A stretch of 64,000 bases of DNA from a virus. The number at the start of each line of letters is the position of its first letter. Within the stretch, counting starts at the first letter, position 1. The DNA lies in the IMG/VR virus record IMGVR_UViG_3300006104_000752, positions 3,988 to 67,987 of that record; one strand, written 5' to 3'. The notes below the pieces were generated by a model. The model worked only from the letters and a program-made list of their open reading frames with translations, was not told where the DNA came from and searched no databases. Positions 55,530-64,000 of this stretch are shown in pieces. The position numbers and the translations under genes were made by a program.

Positions 55530-57122
55530 TTATTCCTCTACGGATTCTGATACTGATTCGGTTCCCGAAGGCGCTTTAGGAGCGGATAACGGTGAAGACG
55601 TTTGACCTGGCTTCTTTGCGCCGGTAGAAGTCTTGCTTGACTTATCCTTAGGAGACCTAGTTGTCCTTCCACTGACGTTAGAGCCAGGGTTGGTCGTAGG
55701 CGCTACTGGAGCGTTCTTTGTCTTTGCGGCTGGTGCCTTTACGGCGTCGTCGCCAGTATTGACTTGTTCCATTGTGGAGCCTTGAGACTGAACAACCTTA
55801 AGGTTAGCCTGTGAAAGTGCGCTAAGGTCTGACCATAGAACCATGTTCTGTCGGTCAATAAGAACAGCGTCATCTCCACCAGGAACAGGTGGTTCGCCAA
55901 TGTCGGCGCGGGCACGGTTAAGTGTCCAAGAACCGTTGCGAATTCGCTGGTCACGAATGGTTTCGATAACTTCGTCGTCTCGCCAGTCAACAACGCCAAA
56001 CTTAAGAATCCAGTCGGTGATACCGTAAGCCTGGTACATAAGAGCGAAGGTCAACTTCTCAAGAACAAGTTCCTGAATAGGACCAACGGTGTTAACGCGG
56101 AATGTCTTGTCTTGCGCGGTTCCAGTTCCACCGCCAAGGTTACCGGCTTCAACGACGCCTACCTTTGATGGTGGCACACCGTAACCGGAGAGAATTTCAT
56201 CTCGGCGCTGTTGAAGTGTGTTAAGCCAGTTGTTAATCTGGTTGCTTCCCATTTCAGTAACGACTGCGCCACCCTTTGTTTCAAAAAGGTTGCCAATGTT
56301 GCGAGCGCCAAGGTTGCGAATAGCGTACTGTTGCTGGAGTCGCTTCATTTCCGTTTCGGGAAGAGCAAGAGGCCAGTCAACGTGGGCTCGCAGTGGGTCA
56401 CCGCGCTTCATCGTTTCTTTGATGAGTGCAGCAGTGAAAAGCCAAGAAGTGATAGGCAGAATGTTCTTCTGCGTTGGGCTCACGCCGTAAAGAGTATCTC
56501 CTGGAGCATCAAACTTGATGTGGATAACCTCATTAGGCTTAAAACGAGCCTCACGGTTCGTAGGGGTCTTTTGGTAGTAACCCTTAACAACTCCGTGTTC
56601 GTCTGCCATAACAGACATTGATGTTGGGTCGAGCGGGTATAAAGCGACCGGCTCTTTCATAACCCAAACAACTTCGATAAAAGCGTCACCAAAAATCAAA
56701 AGGTCAGTAATAACCTTGCGCATAAGTTGGCGAACGTCGTCGTTGGGGTTAATGTACTTAAGAAGTTCTTGAACCTTCTTGACTTGTTCGCTTGCTTCTG
56801 GTGTGCGAATCTTTCCGGTTGAGCCACCTTCATAGGCAACTTCAAGTCCACCAGCAGTTGCGGTTCGCGCAATCGTGTCGATTGCAGCAGAAGACCACGG
56901 GCAAGCAAGGTAAGCCTGCAACAACTGTTGCATGAATGTTGGTCGGTCAAGAGTACCGGCAGTAACGTTCTCACCAGGGTTTACCTCAGTGGAACCACCG
57001 ATTGGAACACCCGTTGCATAACCTGCACGGCGTGGACCACTCTTAGGACGAGACTCTTCTAATGTGCTTTCATAAGAAGAGTTGACCTCTTCGAGTCCCC
57101 TTCTAAAAGATGTAATAGCCAT
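55530..57122 (-). CDS. portal protein
   Basis: DLLIFGDAF.E, LYPLDP, EVIHIK, YGVSP, YGVPP.KVG, TLN.AR..G.PP..GGD. Confidence 0.93.
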   Translation of the reverse strand: MAITSFRRGLEEVNSSYESTLEESRPKSGPRRAGYATGVPIGGSTEVNPGENVTAGTLDRPTFMQQLLQAYLACPWSSAAIDTIARTATAGGLEVAYEGGSTGKIRTPEASEQVKKVQELLKYINPNDDVRQLMRKVITDLLIFGDAFIEVVWVMKEPVALYPLDPTSMSVMADEHGVVKGYYQKTPTNREARFKPNEVIHIKFDAPGDTLYGVSPTQKNILPITSWLFTAALIKETMKRGDPLRAHVDWPLALPETEMKRLQQQYAIRNLGARNIGNLFETKGGAVVTEMGSNQINNWLNTLQQRRDEILSGYGVPPSKVGVVEAGNLGGGTGTAQDKTFRVNTVGPIQELVLEKLTFALMYQAYGITDWILKFGVVDWRDDEVIETIRDQRIRNGSWTLNRARADIGEPPVPGGDDAVLIDRQNMVLWSDLSALSQANLKVVQSQGSTMEQVNTGDDAVKAPAAKTKNAPVAPTTNPGSNVSGRTTRSPKDKSSKTSTGAKKPGQTSSPLSAPKAPSGTESVSESVEE

Positions 57123-57136
57123 CTGGATATCTTTCT

Positions 57137-59788
57137 TTAGTTAAAGGGACTTCCAAAGTCACCAACAAATAAACCACCAAAATTAGGTTGTTGAAGTGGA
57201 GTTGAATCCCCTTCTTTAACAACAACCATAGTATCAGGAACGCTTACCTTTGGCATTGGATTTTCGTCATAGAAGACTGGGCGAGCAAAGTTCCCTGCAT
57301 ACATGCAGACATATCTTAGCGCGTCAGCAATGTGGTCATCGACGTTACGAGTTTCGCAGTCGTCTGGTTTCGCCTTGCTTCTTGGTAGTGCCGGAATTTG
57401 TTCAATAAACTGTGGGCACGTATCTTCAAAAACGTGAATCATCGGGCAGCGTTCCCAGCCCATAGCGCGGTGCATGTCGCACGCAGGACCGTCGTTTAGG
57501 TACTGGTGTACACGTGACCAACCGTTGATACGGTCGTTGTCCGCTTTGATGATTCCGCAGCCTTCTATACCATAGATGTCTGCGATTGACATGGGAGTTC
57601 CGCGACTACCCCACATAGAGGGGTCAGCGACTCGCATGACTTCGGATTCACCGTGAGAGCGTTCTGCCTCAAGGATTAATTTTGCCTGGTCATCAGCATT
57701 GACGCCAGAAACACAGATTTCTCTGTAGACCCAGATTCGGCTATCATTGTCAACAGCAATCCACACGACCGCAAATGGGTCTCGGAATCCATAGTCAATA
57801 CCGGCGTATCTAGGCCATTCTTTGGGCATGTCAAAGGAACGTACAACGTGCTTTGAGTACTGCCACTGTTCGAAGAACTGTCCGACCATTGCGTCCCAGT
57901 CACCGTCACGCATCGCGGCACGACGGCGGGGGTCTGGAATCGAGTCAAGAACAGCGTGATAACCTTCGTTAACGTGAGGGTTATCTGTTACCTTTGCCTG
58001 AATAAAGGCAACGGTGCGACTTCGCTTGCTATCCCCGACTTCTTCGGTGTAGCGTATTTTCCCTCGTTTTGTGGGATTAATGAATCGGTCTTTAAGATAT
58101 TTGTGACCGACGCCACCAGGGTTGGTGGCCAAGCGAAGACCTATAACGGGAACCAAACGGCTACCCGAACGAAGACGCTCTTCAATGTGCTGGATAACAG
58201 CAGGAAGCATTTGAGAGGCTTCGTCAATGTAGAACGCCTGATACTCACCACCGAGGATTCGGGATGCGTCAACCAGGTTTTCTGCATATGTAAAGTTAAT
58301 AACCGAGCCATTTGAGAACTTCAAGACCTTGTTGGTTGAGTTCCACTTGGCACCGATGTCTCTTGCATAATTCCATTTTGCAAGTTGAGCCAAAAATGAC
58401 TCTTCAAGTTCCGGGTATGAACGACGGAAACAACCAATCTTCATACCAGGGAAATTCGCGGCGTTCCAGAGCGCATCCATCAAGAATGCAGCGGTGTTGT
58501 GCGTAGGAATAAGGTTTTCAGTTACCAGGAAAAGGTGGTCTGGTGAAGAAACCTTAAGACACTTCATGTCTCGCTTTCCAACACGCTCCGCAGAAACAAT
58601 GTAACGGAAGTTTGTGGTACGGCGTTCTTTGCCCAAAAATGGCTCAAGACGTTCTGCTTTGCGGGTCAGGCTAAAAACCTGAACCTTTGCACGGAACTTA
58701 ACGCGCCATGCAGGGCCACAGTCTTTACCGTCCAGTTTCGTACGAAATTCACGAACACTAACCTTGTGCCCAAAAGAGCGTGCCAAAAATGCTACGGCTT
58801 CGGTAATGTCTTTGTTGGTGTTAGCAAACTCAACGGTGCCATTCTTAAGGCAGTTTCCGTCAGTGTCCATCAAACCACGAAGCAATTCAAGACGTTGTTC
58901 GGCGGATGTGAAAAGGTATTTAGCCGGAACGTGCTTATTTACAAGAAGGTTAAGTTCCTTTAGTTGCTTTGAAAGCCCATCAAAGGTAACGACACGAAGA
59001 TTACGTTCAAATCGGTTGGACTTTACGGGAATGCTCTTTGAGCACTTTTCGAAAATCTCATCGTCAATTCCGCAGATTCTTCCGCTTCCTGAATAACCAT
59101 CACCAAGCCATGCACCAAGAACGTAAGGGTCGATTGGAAGAATGCGTTCTGGCATCTCCAACGTCCCACAAACTGGTACAGCGTGGTTGTTGCGACCGTC
59201 TGGGGTCTTAAGAGTGTCTACAATTTCAGCAGTGGTACGAACGGTTCCAGTCGGAACGTCCTTGTATTCGTAATCACGTTCGGAATTGCGCTTTTTTAAC
59301 GCTTCTGAGAACTTAATCGACTTGATGTTACCGGCACGTGAAGAACGCTTTGCCTGACGGCGTTCCCGCCACTCTGGGTCGAGACGTGTCAGTTGAGCGA
59401 GTTCCTTGGCATCAAAAGTGAGCCAAAGGTGTTCATCGTTTACAATTACGGTTGAGCCGTCGTCAAAAGTAAGTTCATAACCTTCATGGTAGTGAACAGG
59501 TGACTCTTTTAGAACTTCGTAAGGCTTTCCGTCACGTCCGAAGATGGTATCACCAGCGTGAATATCCTTCAAAAGTTTGAAGCCATCGGGCGTGGGGATG
59601 GAAGTGGAGTTAATATCCAGTTCCTTACCACCACCAGCCGCACCACCATAAAGAATTGCATCAATTCTTTCGGCAGATGCAGCATGAAATACTTGCTGTC
59701 GTTCAGTCGGTTGATACCCCAAAATGCTAAAGACATCTACCTGTTCGGGGACGACTGCGTTTGAGATAAACTTACTGAAATTTGACAT
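57137..59788 (-). CDS. terL: terminase large subunit, intein-containing
   Basis: GGAAGGGK|T Walker A, IDEA, ATNPGG.GH, GIDYG, DH.ADALRY. Confidence 0.95.
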   Translation of the reverse strand: MSNFSKFISNAVVPEQVDVFSILGYQPTERQQVFHAASAERIDAILYGGAAGGGKELDINSTSIPTPDGFKLLKDIHAGDTIFGRDGKPYEVLKESPVHYHEGYELTFDDGSTVIVNDEHLWLTFDAKELAQLTRLDPEWRERRQAKRSSRAGNIKSIKFSEALKKRNSERDYEYKDVPTGTVRTTAEIVDTLKTPDGRNNHAVPVCGTLEMPERILPIDPYVLGAWLGDGYSGSGRICGIDDEIFEKCSKSIPVKSNRFERNLRVVTFDGLSKQLKELNLLVNKHVPAKYLFTSAEQRLELLRGLMDTDGNCLKNGTVEFANTNKDITEAVAFLARSFGHKVSVREFRTKLDGKDCGPAWRVKFRAKVQVFSLTRKAERLEPFLGKERRTTNFRYIVSAERVGKRDMKCLKVSSPDHLFLVTENLIPTHNTAAFLMDALWNAANFPGMKIGCFRRSYPELEESFLAQLAKWNYARDIGAKWNSTNKVLKFSNGSVINFTYAENLVDASRILGGEYQAFYIDEASQMLPAVIQHIEERLRSGSRLVPVIGLRLATNPGGVGHKYLKDRFINPTKRGKIRYTEEVGDSKRSRTVAFIQAKVTDNPHVNEGYHAVLDSIPDPRRRAAMRDGDWDAMVGQFFEQWQYSKHVVRSFDMPKEWPRYAGIDYGFRDPFAVVWIAVDNDSRIWVYREICVSGVNADDQAKLILEAERSHGESEVMRVADPSMWGSRGTPMSIADIYGIEGCGIIKADNDRINGWSRVHQYLNDGPACDMHRAMGWERCPMIHVFEDTCPQFIEQIPALPRSKAKPDDCETRNVDDHIADALRYVCMYAGNFARPVFYDENPMPKVSVPDTMVVVKEGDSTPLQQPNFGGLFVGDFGSPFN
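58496..59623 (-). mobile_element. class 3-type intein with LAGLIDADG homing endonuclease (376 aa)
   Basis: Splits Walker A K|T; HLW block B, MKCLKV block F, PTHN|T end; LGAWLGDG and LRGLMDTDG. Confidence 0.92.
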
Positions 59789-60075
59789 TACTTAATCCAG
59801 AAGTACAAAGACCAAGCCAATCCCATAACACATGAGAAAACGATAGAAAAAGCCATCGCACCCTGAAGTGCGGTAAGGTTTTCCAGGTAATTAACTCGTG
59901 CCTCTTCTTGCTTTACAGTAAGTTCATTACTGCGTTCCATGAAGGACATCATCTTGTCGTACTGAGAATCGCCCATAATTCGGCGTGCTTCAACTTCGCC
60001 TTCTCCAACCAGATTTCCCAGTTGTTGTGCAATGCTTTGCTCGGCTTCGTTGTGAAAATTGCTGTTTTCGTTCAT
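59788..60075 (-). CDS. membrane protein
   Basis: C-terminal hydrophobic helix; coupled to terL start. Confidence 0.7.
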   Translation of the reverse strand: MNENSNFHNEAEQSIAQQLGNLVGEGEVEARRIMGDSQYDKMMSFMERSNELTVKQEEARVNYLENLTALQGAMAFSIVFSCVMGLAWSLYFWIK

Positions 60076-60084
60076 GGTGCGCTC

Positions 60085-60285
60085 CTAAAATTTGAAATCG
60101 TCAACGTCCTCGTCGGACATTAACCTTCGGATGAATTCGTCGTGCGCGGTCCATTGCAAGTCCACAGGGAGTTTCCTCAACATGCTAACTTGCCATTTTT
60201 CAAAGCCCAATTGATAAAGTTCTTCATCAGTTGGGACACAATTGCACACCTCAACCGGGGTACAATAATGGCGATTCTTACTCAC
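60085..60285 (-). CDS. hypothetical protein
   Basis: ORF track; start uncertain. Confidence 0.5.
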   Translation of the reverse strand: MSKNRHYCTPVEVCNCVPTDEELYQLGFEKWQVSMLRKLPVDLQWTAHDEFIRRLMSDEDVDDFKF

Positions 60286-60313
60286 AAGTTACCACACTTT
60301 TTTTATTTGTCAA
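60286..60313 (-). promoter_or_regulatory. promoter upstream of morphogenesis operon
   Basis: TTGACA-16-TAACTT with TGTGG. Confidence 0.55.
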
Positions 60314-60324
60314 GTATTTAAAAC

Positions 60325-60888
60325 TTAACGTCGGGCAGGGGGTTGCTCAGTTACAAGTGGGATGCCTTCTGAGGACTTGAGTTCACGCTTAAAAGCCTTC
60401 CAACGGAAGCGGTCTGGCGCTCCTGCGTCAACCCATTCCATATAACATGGGGTGCAGTAAGCAGACTTAACGGCAGGAAGAACCATGCAAATCTCGCAGG
60501 GCTCTGATGTTGGCCTCTTGCGCTTCTTTTCCACCCCATCCCTCAAGAACTGAATGCTCTGGATGATTTGGCGCATATTGTCTTCCGCCTGGATGATTTT
60601 GCGCTCGATGGACTTGACTTCCTCACGAACTGGGTCGTAAGGCTTCTTGTTTCGTTCCTTGGCCATGACAGCCCTCTCCACAGAGGAAGAACTAGGCAAT
60701 CCACCGCTTCGCGCAACGGCGACACTTGAAGAACTTGACGTGTAGTTATCCACACTGATGGCATCACGCCTGACCAATTCTTCGAGGTCTTCAATCTTTA
60801 ATTTGTTGGCGAACTTGTTAATGTTTTCAAGGCTTTCGACCATACGCTTCAGTCTTTGCTGAGAACGTTGGTTTAAACTTTTCGCCAC
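60325..60888 (-). CDS. hypothetical protein with C-terminal CxxC..CxxC
   Basis: SD AAGGAG; CEIC...CTPCY..W...G.PD. Confidence 0.75.
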   Translation of the reverse strand: MAKSLNQRSQQRLKRMVESLENINKFANKLKIEDLEELVRRDAISVDNYTSSSSSVAVARSGGLPSSSSVERAVMAKERNKKPYDPVREEVKSIERKIIQAEDNMRQIIQSIQFLRDGVEKKRKRPTSEPCEICMVLPAVKSAYCTPCYMEWVDAGAPDRFRWKAFKRELKSSEGIPLVTEQPPARR

Positions 60889-60939
60889 AAATTTCTCCTT
60901 AAACGTTGAATGGCACCTAAGGCGTGCCCACTTAATAAC

Positions 60940-60969
60940 AAGTTAACCACAGGTTTTCCACTGCGTCAA
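60940..60969 (-). promoter_or_regulatory. promoter with 5' hairpin
   Basis: TTGACG-17/18-(T)TAACT(T) with TGTGG; GGCAC..GTGCC hairpin downstream. Confidence 0.55.
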
Positions 60970-60973
60970 GTAT

Positions 60974-61306
60974 TTAAGAAGAAAACTTTTCGTATGCCTT
61001 TAGAAGTACAACAAATTGCTCAAGTGACAATGTAACGTAAGCCTGTTGAGTCCCCTTTCGGGCACGCTTGTGGATAACTGCCCACAACTTCCCAGCCTTT
61101 TTTCCAGAGGTCTCTGCTTGCGTGCACCACTCGGAAAGAGCCATTGCTTTGTGGTTCTTTGCTTCCAGAACCATAGGAACATTGCGAATATCCCCCAAAG
61201 CCATGTCAAGGCTCCCCCAACGTTCTGCGTCAGGAAAACCGTTTTCCTTTAGGAAGTTAACAATAGATGTCTCGAAAGACGTTCCCTTTGCTCTTGCCTT
61301 ACTCAT
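60974..61306 (-). CDS. Holliday junction resolvase (PD-(D/E)xK)
   Basis: KG..FE, GDI, LEAKN, W..QA. Confidence 0.85.
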   Translation of the reverse strand: MSKARAKGTSFETSIVNFLKENGFPDAERWGSLDMALGDIRNVPMVLEAKNHKAMALSEWCTQAETSGKKAGKLWAVIHKRARKGTQQAYVTLSLEQFVVLLKAYEKFSS

Positions 61307-61664
61307 TCTCTAGCACCGTTCGGTCAATGCGACCAGAGTTGGTTTCAAAGTAGTCGTCCATTGTTTCCGTAGACCAGTAAAACCCGCAAACCAAACACTT
61401 CCGGTGCAAGTGCTCATCGCTTCTTTGGCAAAGGCACTTTGAAGTCGTAGGAAGTTTGACGTAGGTTGTAAGGATTGTCGCCCGAATGGTGCGCTTAGAT
61501 TCCGTCCACTTCTTTTCCTTTGCGTCATAAACTTGCTCGGAAGAAACAGAAATACTGTCGTCCTCGCACACAATCCCACATTTGGGACATTCGGAAATCA
61601 CAACGCTCTTGCTAAGAGGCTTTGCAAAAGAAGAAAGACTTTCGCCAACGGAACGAGCAACCAT
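61299..61664 (-). CDS. zinc-ribbon hypothetical protein
   Basis: CPKCG ... EHL.R.C..CG..W. Confidence 0.65.
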   Translation of the reverse strand: MVARSVGESLSSFAKPLSKSVVISECPKCGIVCEDDSISVSSEQVYDAKEKKWTESKRTIRATILTTYVKLPTTSKCLCQRSDEHLHRKCLVCGFYWSTETMDDYFETNSGRIDRTVLENE

Positions 61665-61885
61665 TACTTCAAGTCCTCAATAAATTGCTTAAGACCGTGC
61701 CAAATCACATACCAAGGCCACAGAAATGAATCTCGAATCATAGAGGGAATGAATCCCCGCATACTAAATGCAACACCCTTTGACAGAAATACAGCCTTTG
61801 CTCGGCTTGCTATTTCAAGATAACGAAGAAACAGAAGTGCGGCTGGGGTCAGGTAGACTAAAACAATCCAATTAAACCAAGTCAT
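61664..61885 (-). CDS. small membrane protein
   Basis: Hydrophobic N-terminus, LWPW motif. Confidence 0.6.
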   Translation of the reverse strand: MTWFNWIVLVYLTPAALLFLRYLEIASRAKAVFLSKGVAFSMRGFIPSMIRDSFLWPWYVIWHGLKQFIEDLK

Positions 61886-62243
61886 TTGGCACTTCCTCCA
61901 GTTCTCCGTAGACTTCATTCCAGATGTCGTTGCTCACAATAGAGGCGGCGGCAACGTATCCACCTTGCAAATAGCAAATGCCCTCTTCAATTACTCGCTC
62001 TGCGTCTTCAACGCCCAGGACTATTGCTGGTGTCTTCCCGAACTCGGAAACATTAAAGTTAAGTTCGGTGATGGCGTAGATGCGCTCACCCTTTGAACGG
62101 AGTCTTGCGGAGCCAACGTGACGCGCTGGGTCAAAGTCAACATACAATGGAACAACGTGAGGAACCTTTACGTCTCGGTAAGTCAATTCCGGCTCATTTA
62201 CGTGTGCTAGTGCTACGTAACGCTTCTTTGATTTTGCTTTCAT
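61872..62243 (-). CDS. hypothetical protein
   Basis: SD AAGGA; 123 aa. Confidence 0.7.
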   Translation of the reverse strand: MKAKSKKRYVALAHVNEPELTYRDVKVPHVVPLYVDFDPARHVGSARLRSKGERIYAITELNFNVSEFGKTPAIVLGVEDAERVIEEGICYLQGGYVAAASIVSNDIWNEVYGELEEVPNDLV

Positions 62244-62285
62244 ATCTTTCCTTTTTTAAAAACCATAGCACGGGGCAACGGTTTA

Positions 62286-62492
62286 TTAATTGCGGTAGAA
62301 TTCCCGAAGTTCTTTTTGGTAGGACTCCGTAACGCTCCAAGCCATATAAAGCCTGTCAATTAACCATTCTACATCAATAGCCAGTTGGTCAAGAGAACTG
62401 GAAATTACCTCATCGCCACTTTGATAATCGTATATGGCATTTATTAAATCCATAATTTCATTTATACGAATTATCTCTGATTCACTCCGCAT
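62286..62492 (-). CDS. hypothetical protein
   Basis: ORF track. Confidence 0.6.
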   Translation of the reverse strand: MRSESEIIRINEIMDLINAIYDYQSGDEVISSSLDQLAIDVEWLIDRLYMAWSVTESYQKELREFYRN

Positions 62493-62622
62493 CGTGAGTC
62501 CAAATCCCGTTCCTCAAAGTGAGGGGTTTATTGCAGATGCTACAGAAGTTTCTATAGGCGCCCTCATGGAGCATCGGTTCTGGTTCGTGTTCAACATGAA
62601 CAACTTCTGTAAATCTTTTCAT
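62482..62622 (-). CDS. 46-aa hypothetical protein (CxxC..W.H)
   Basis: Manual translation MKRFTEVVH...CSICNKPL..RNGIWTH. Confidence 0.45.
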   Translation of the reverse strand: MKRFTEVVHVEHEPEPMLHEGAYRNFCSICNKPLTLRNGIWTHDAE

Positions 62623-62667
62623 ACAAAGATGCTACCCCCACTTTTTTAAAAATCAACCATTTAGTTC

Positions 62668-62696
62668 TTGACAACGGCGCTTATTAGTGGTACATT
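62668..62696 (+). promoter_or_regulatory. rightward promoter for tRNA block
   Basis: TTGACA-17-TACATT with TGG. Confidence 0.75.
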
Positions 62697-62737
62697 TAAA
62701 AAACGGCGCCAATGCCGTAAACCTATAGGAGACAGAC

Positions 62738-63025
62738 ATGTCATCAACTGCAAACATGATTACGGCAGTCGCTGCATCTTGGGCTGGCACAGCAGGCGGA
62801 GTAATCACCGTCATTCTGCAAAAGGCCAAGAAGTACGAGAACGAGGCAACATCATACATTCTTCACGTTGAAAACACATTCAACAACATCCTTGATGAAG
62901 TGGAGAAGGTACAGGCACAGATTGCCGCTTTGACGCCTGCGCCCGCACCGACACCGGCTCCAAAGCCAGCCGCTTCAAAGGCACCTGCCAAGAAGGCAGA
63001 AGCCGCTAAGAAGCGTTTGCGATAA
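62738..63025 (+). CDS. membrane-anchored protein with Pro/Ala/Lys-rich tail
   Basis: SD AGGAG; N-terminal hydrophobic helix; PAPAP..PAKK. Confidence 0.75.
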   Translation: MSSTANMITAVAASWAGTAGGVITVILQKAKKYENEATSYILHVENTFNNILDEVEKVQAQIAALTPAPAPTPAPKPAASKAPAKKAEAAKKRLR

Positions 63026-63032
63026 TTCGCAA

Positions 63033-63105
63033 TGGCCTGTAGTTCAATCGGCGGAACAAACGACTGTTAATCGTTAGGTTGGAGGTTCGAGCCCTCCCAG
63101 GCCAG
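63033..63105 (+). tRNA. tRNA-Asn (GTT)
   Basis: TGGCCTG/CAGGCCA acceptor, AACGA-CTGTTAA-TCGTT, GGTTCGAGCC; no encoded CCA. Confidence 0.9.
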
Positions 63106-63120
63106 CAAAGCAGTAAAAAT

Positions 63121-63203
63121 TGAGGGGTGGCGGAATTGGCAGACGCTTCTGGCTGTAAACCAGACCTCAATAGAGTTCGGGGCTTCGAATCCCTCCCCAT
63201 CGA
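63121..63203 (+). tRNA. tRNA-Tyr (GTA), degenerate
   Basis: TCTGG-CTGTAAA-CCAGA, long variable arm; mismatches in acceptor stem and C53:C61. Confidence 0.7.
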
Positions 63204-63208
63204 CCCAC

Positions 63209-63283
63209 TCCCCGGTGGTGTAACAGGCAACACAACAGACTTTGAATCTGTTATTCCACGTTCGAACCGTGGCTGGGGAACCA
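63209..63283 (+). tRNA. tRNA-Gln (TTG)
   Basis: TCCCCGG/CTGGGGA, ACAGA-CTTTGAA-TCTGT, GTTCGAAC, CCA end. Confidence 0.93.
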
Positions 63284-63303
63284 CTTAACATGAAAGGAAC
63301 AAA

Positions 63304-63855
63304 GTGAGGGAAAGTTCAGCAAAAGAACCTTGCCCAGGTTGCGATGGTGAGAAATTAAAGTCCTCTCTTTTGTGTTTTTCTTGTAGAAAACTTGCGCAAA
63401 CACAGGAAGACCACCCTAATTGGAAGGGCGGGAAATACGATGATTGCCCTAGATGCGGTGGTCAGAAATTAAGACAATCTAAATCTTGTCGCTCCTGCTT
63501 CGGAACGAGATTTGAAGATGGCGTGCATGTGAATGCAAGGGAATGGCAAAAAACTTTCCGCAAAACGCCGACGGGTAAAAAACATGTCCGTTCAATGAAT
63601 TTAAAAAAATATGGATTGACAGTTGAAGAATATGATGTTATGCTTTCTAACCAGGGCGGCGTTTGCGCTTCATGCAAAAGAGTTGAAACACATAGGAACC
63701 AATTTGGCGTTGTTAGTCTTGCCGTTGACCATGACCACGAAACTGGTGAAGTTCGTGGACTTTTGTGCGGAAGATGCAATCGGGCTCTTGGGCTTTTGTG
63801 GGACGACGTTAAAAATATAGAGAATTTAATGAATTACAGGAAAGGGTATAAATGA
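63304..63855 (+). CDS. endonuclease VII-family nuclease with tandem zinc fingers (homing-endonuclease-like)
   Basis: KYGLT..EY..Q...C..C, VDHDH.TG.VRGLLC..CN..LG; HPNWKGG motif. Confidence 0.88.
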   Translation: MRESSAKEPCPGCDGEKLKSSLLCFSCRKLAQTQEDHPNWKGGKYDDCPRCGGQKLRQSKSCRSCFGTRFEDGVHVNAREWQKTFRKTPTGKKHVRSMNLKKYGLTVEEYDVMLSNQGGVCASCKRVETHRNQFGVVSLAVDHDHETGEVRGLLCGRCNRALGLLWDDVKNIENLMNYRKGYK

Positions 63856-64000
63856 AAACAATTTATCTTGCCGGGAAAATGTCGGGCGTTGAAAAATGGA
63901 ACTTCCCAGCCTTCGACAGAAACAGAGATTTTTTGAAGGACTGCGGTTGGAATGTCATATCTCCCGCAGATTTAGATAGGGCCATTGGTTTTGATGAAAA
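63852..64000 (+). CDS. DUF4406/nucleoside deoxyribosyltransferase-like protein (partial)
   Basis: MKTIYLAGKMSG...NFPAF......G..VISPA. Confidence 0.75.
   Translation, partial: MKTIYLAGKMSGVEKWNFPAFDRNRDFLKDCGWNVISPADLDRAIGFDE

Noticed and set aside
57137-59788. Group I intron in terL
   Set aside because: The frame is continuous and the insertion has intein splice motifs.
63006-63291. Minus-strand ORFs 63006..63284 and 63067..63291
   Set aside because: They are antisense to three tRNA genes.
1-64000. Alternative genetic code or integrated prophage boundary
   Set aside because: Genes tile densely under the standard code, and no integrase, att site or host-like gene block is visible.

Overview
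This is a 64 kb, gene-dense fragment of a tailed dsDNA phage with a contractile tail (myovirus). The host is most likely actinobacterial: there are two WhiB genes, an Rpf-like transglycosylase, a leaderless-type promoter, and U1-A72 Asn/Gln tRNAs. There are five transcription blocks. (+) 1-4.5 kb: small early-type genes behind strong TTGACA/TAnnnT promoters. (-) 4.6-11.2 kb: TerS-like gene, WhiB, Rpf-like, proteasome-beta-like, DnaB-like helicase, replication initiator with internal iterons, and SNF2 helicase. (+) 11.3-16.3 kb: recA, LexA-like DNA-binding domain, YqaJ, ERF, SSB, HNH, WhiB. (-) 16.3-62.6 kb: the morphogenesis and lysis region, with intein-containing TerL, portal, protease-scaffold polyprotein, capsid, sheath, tube, frameshifting chaperone, tape measure, baseplate, a glycosyltransferase-methyltransferase moron, a fibre, four tandem Gly-rich proteins, three papain-fold enzymes, and a 1992-aa Gln-rich collagen. 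(+) 62.7-64 kb: three tRNAs and an EndoVII-type nuclease. The best candidate for an undescribed system is a modular adhesin apparatus: two different fibres share one C-terminal module, alongside one small adaptor-like gene and four tandem polyglycine tip-like paralogues. All protein calls come from motif recognition by eye; no searches were run.
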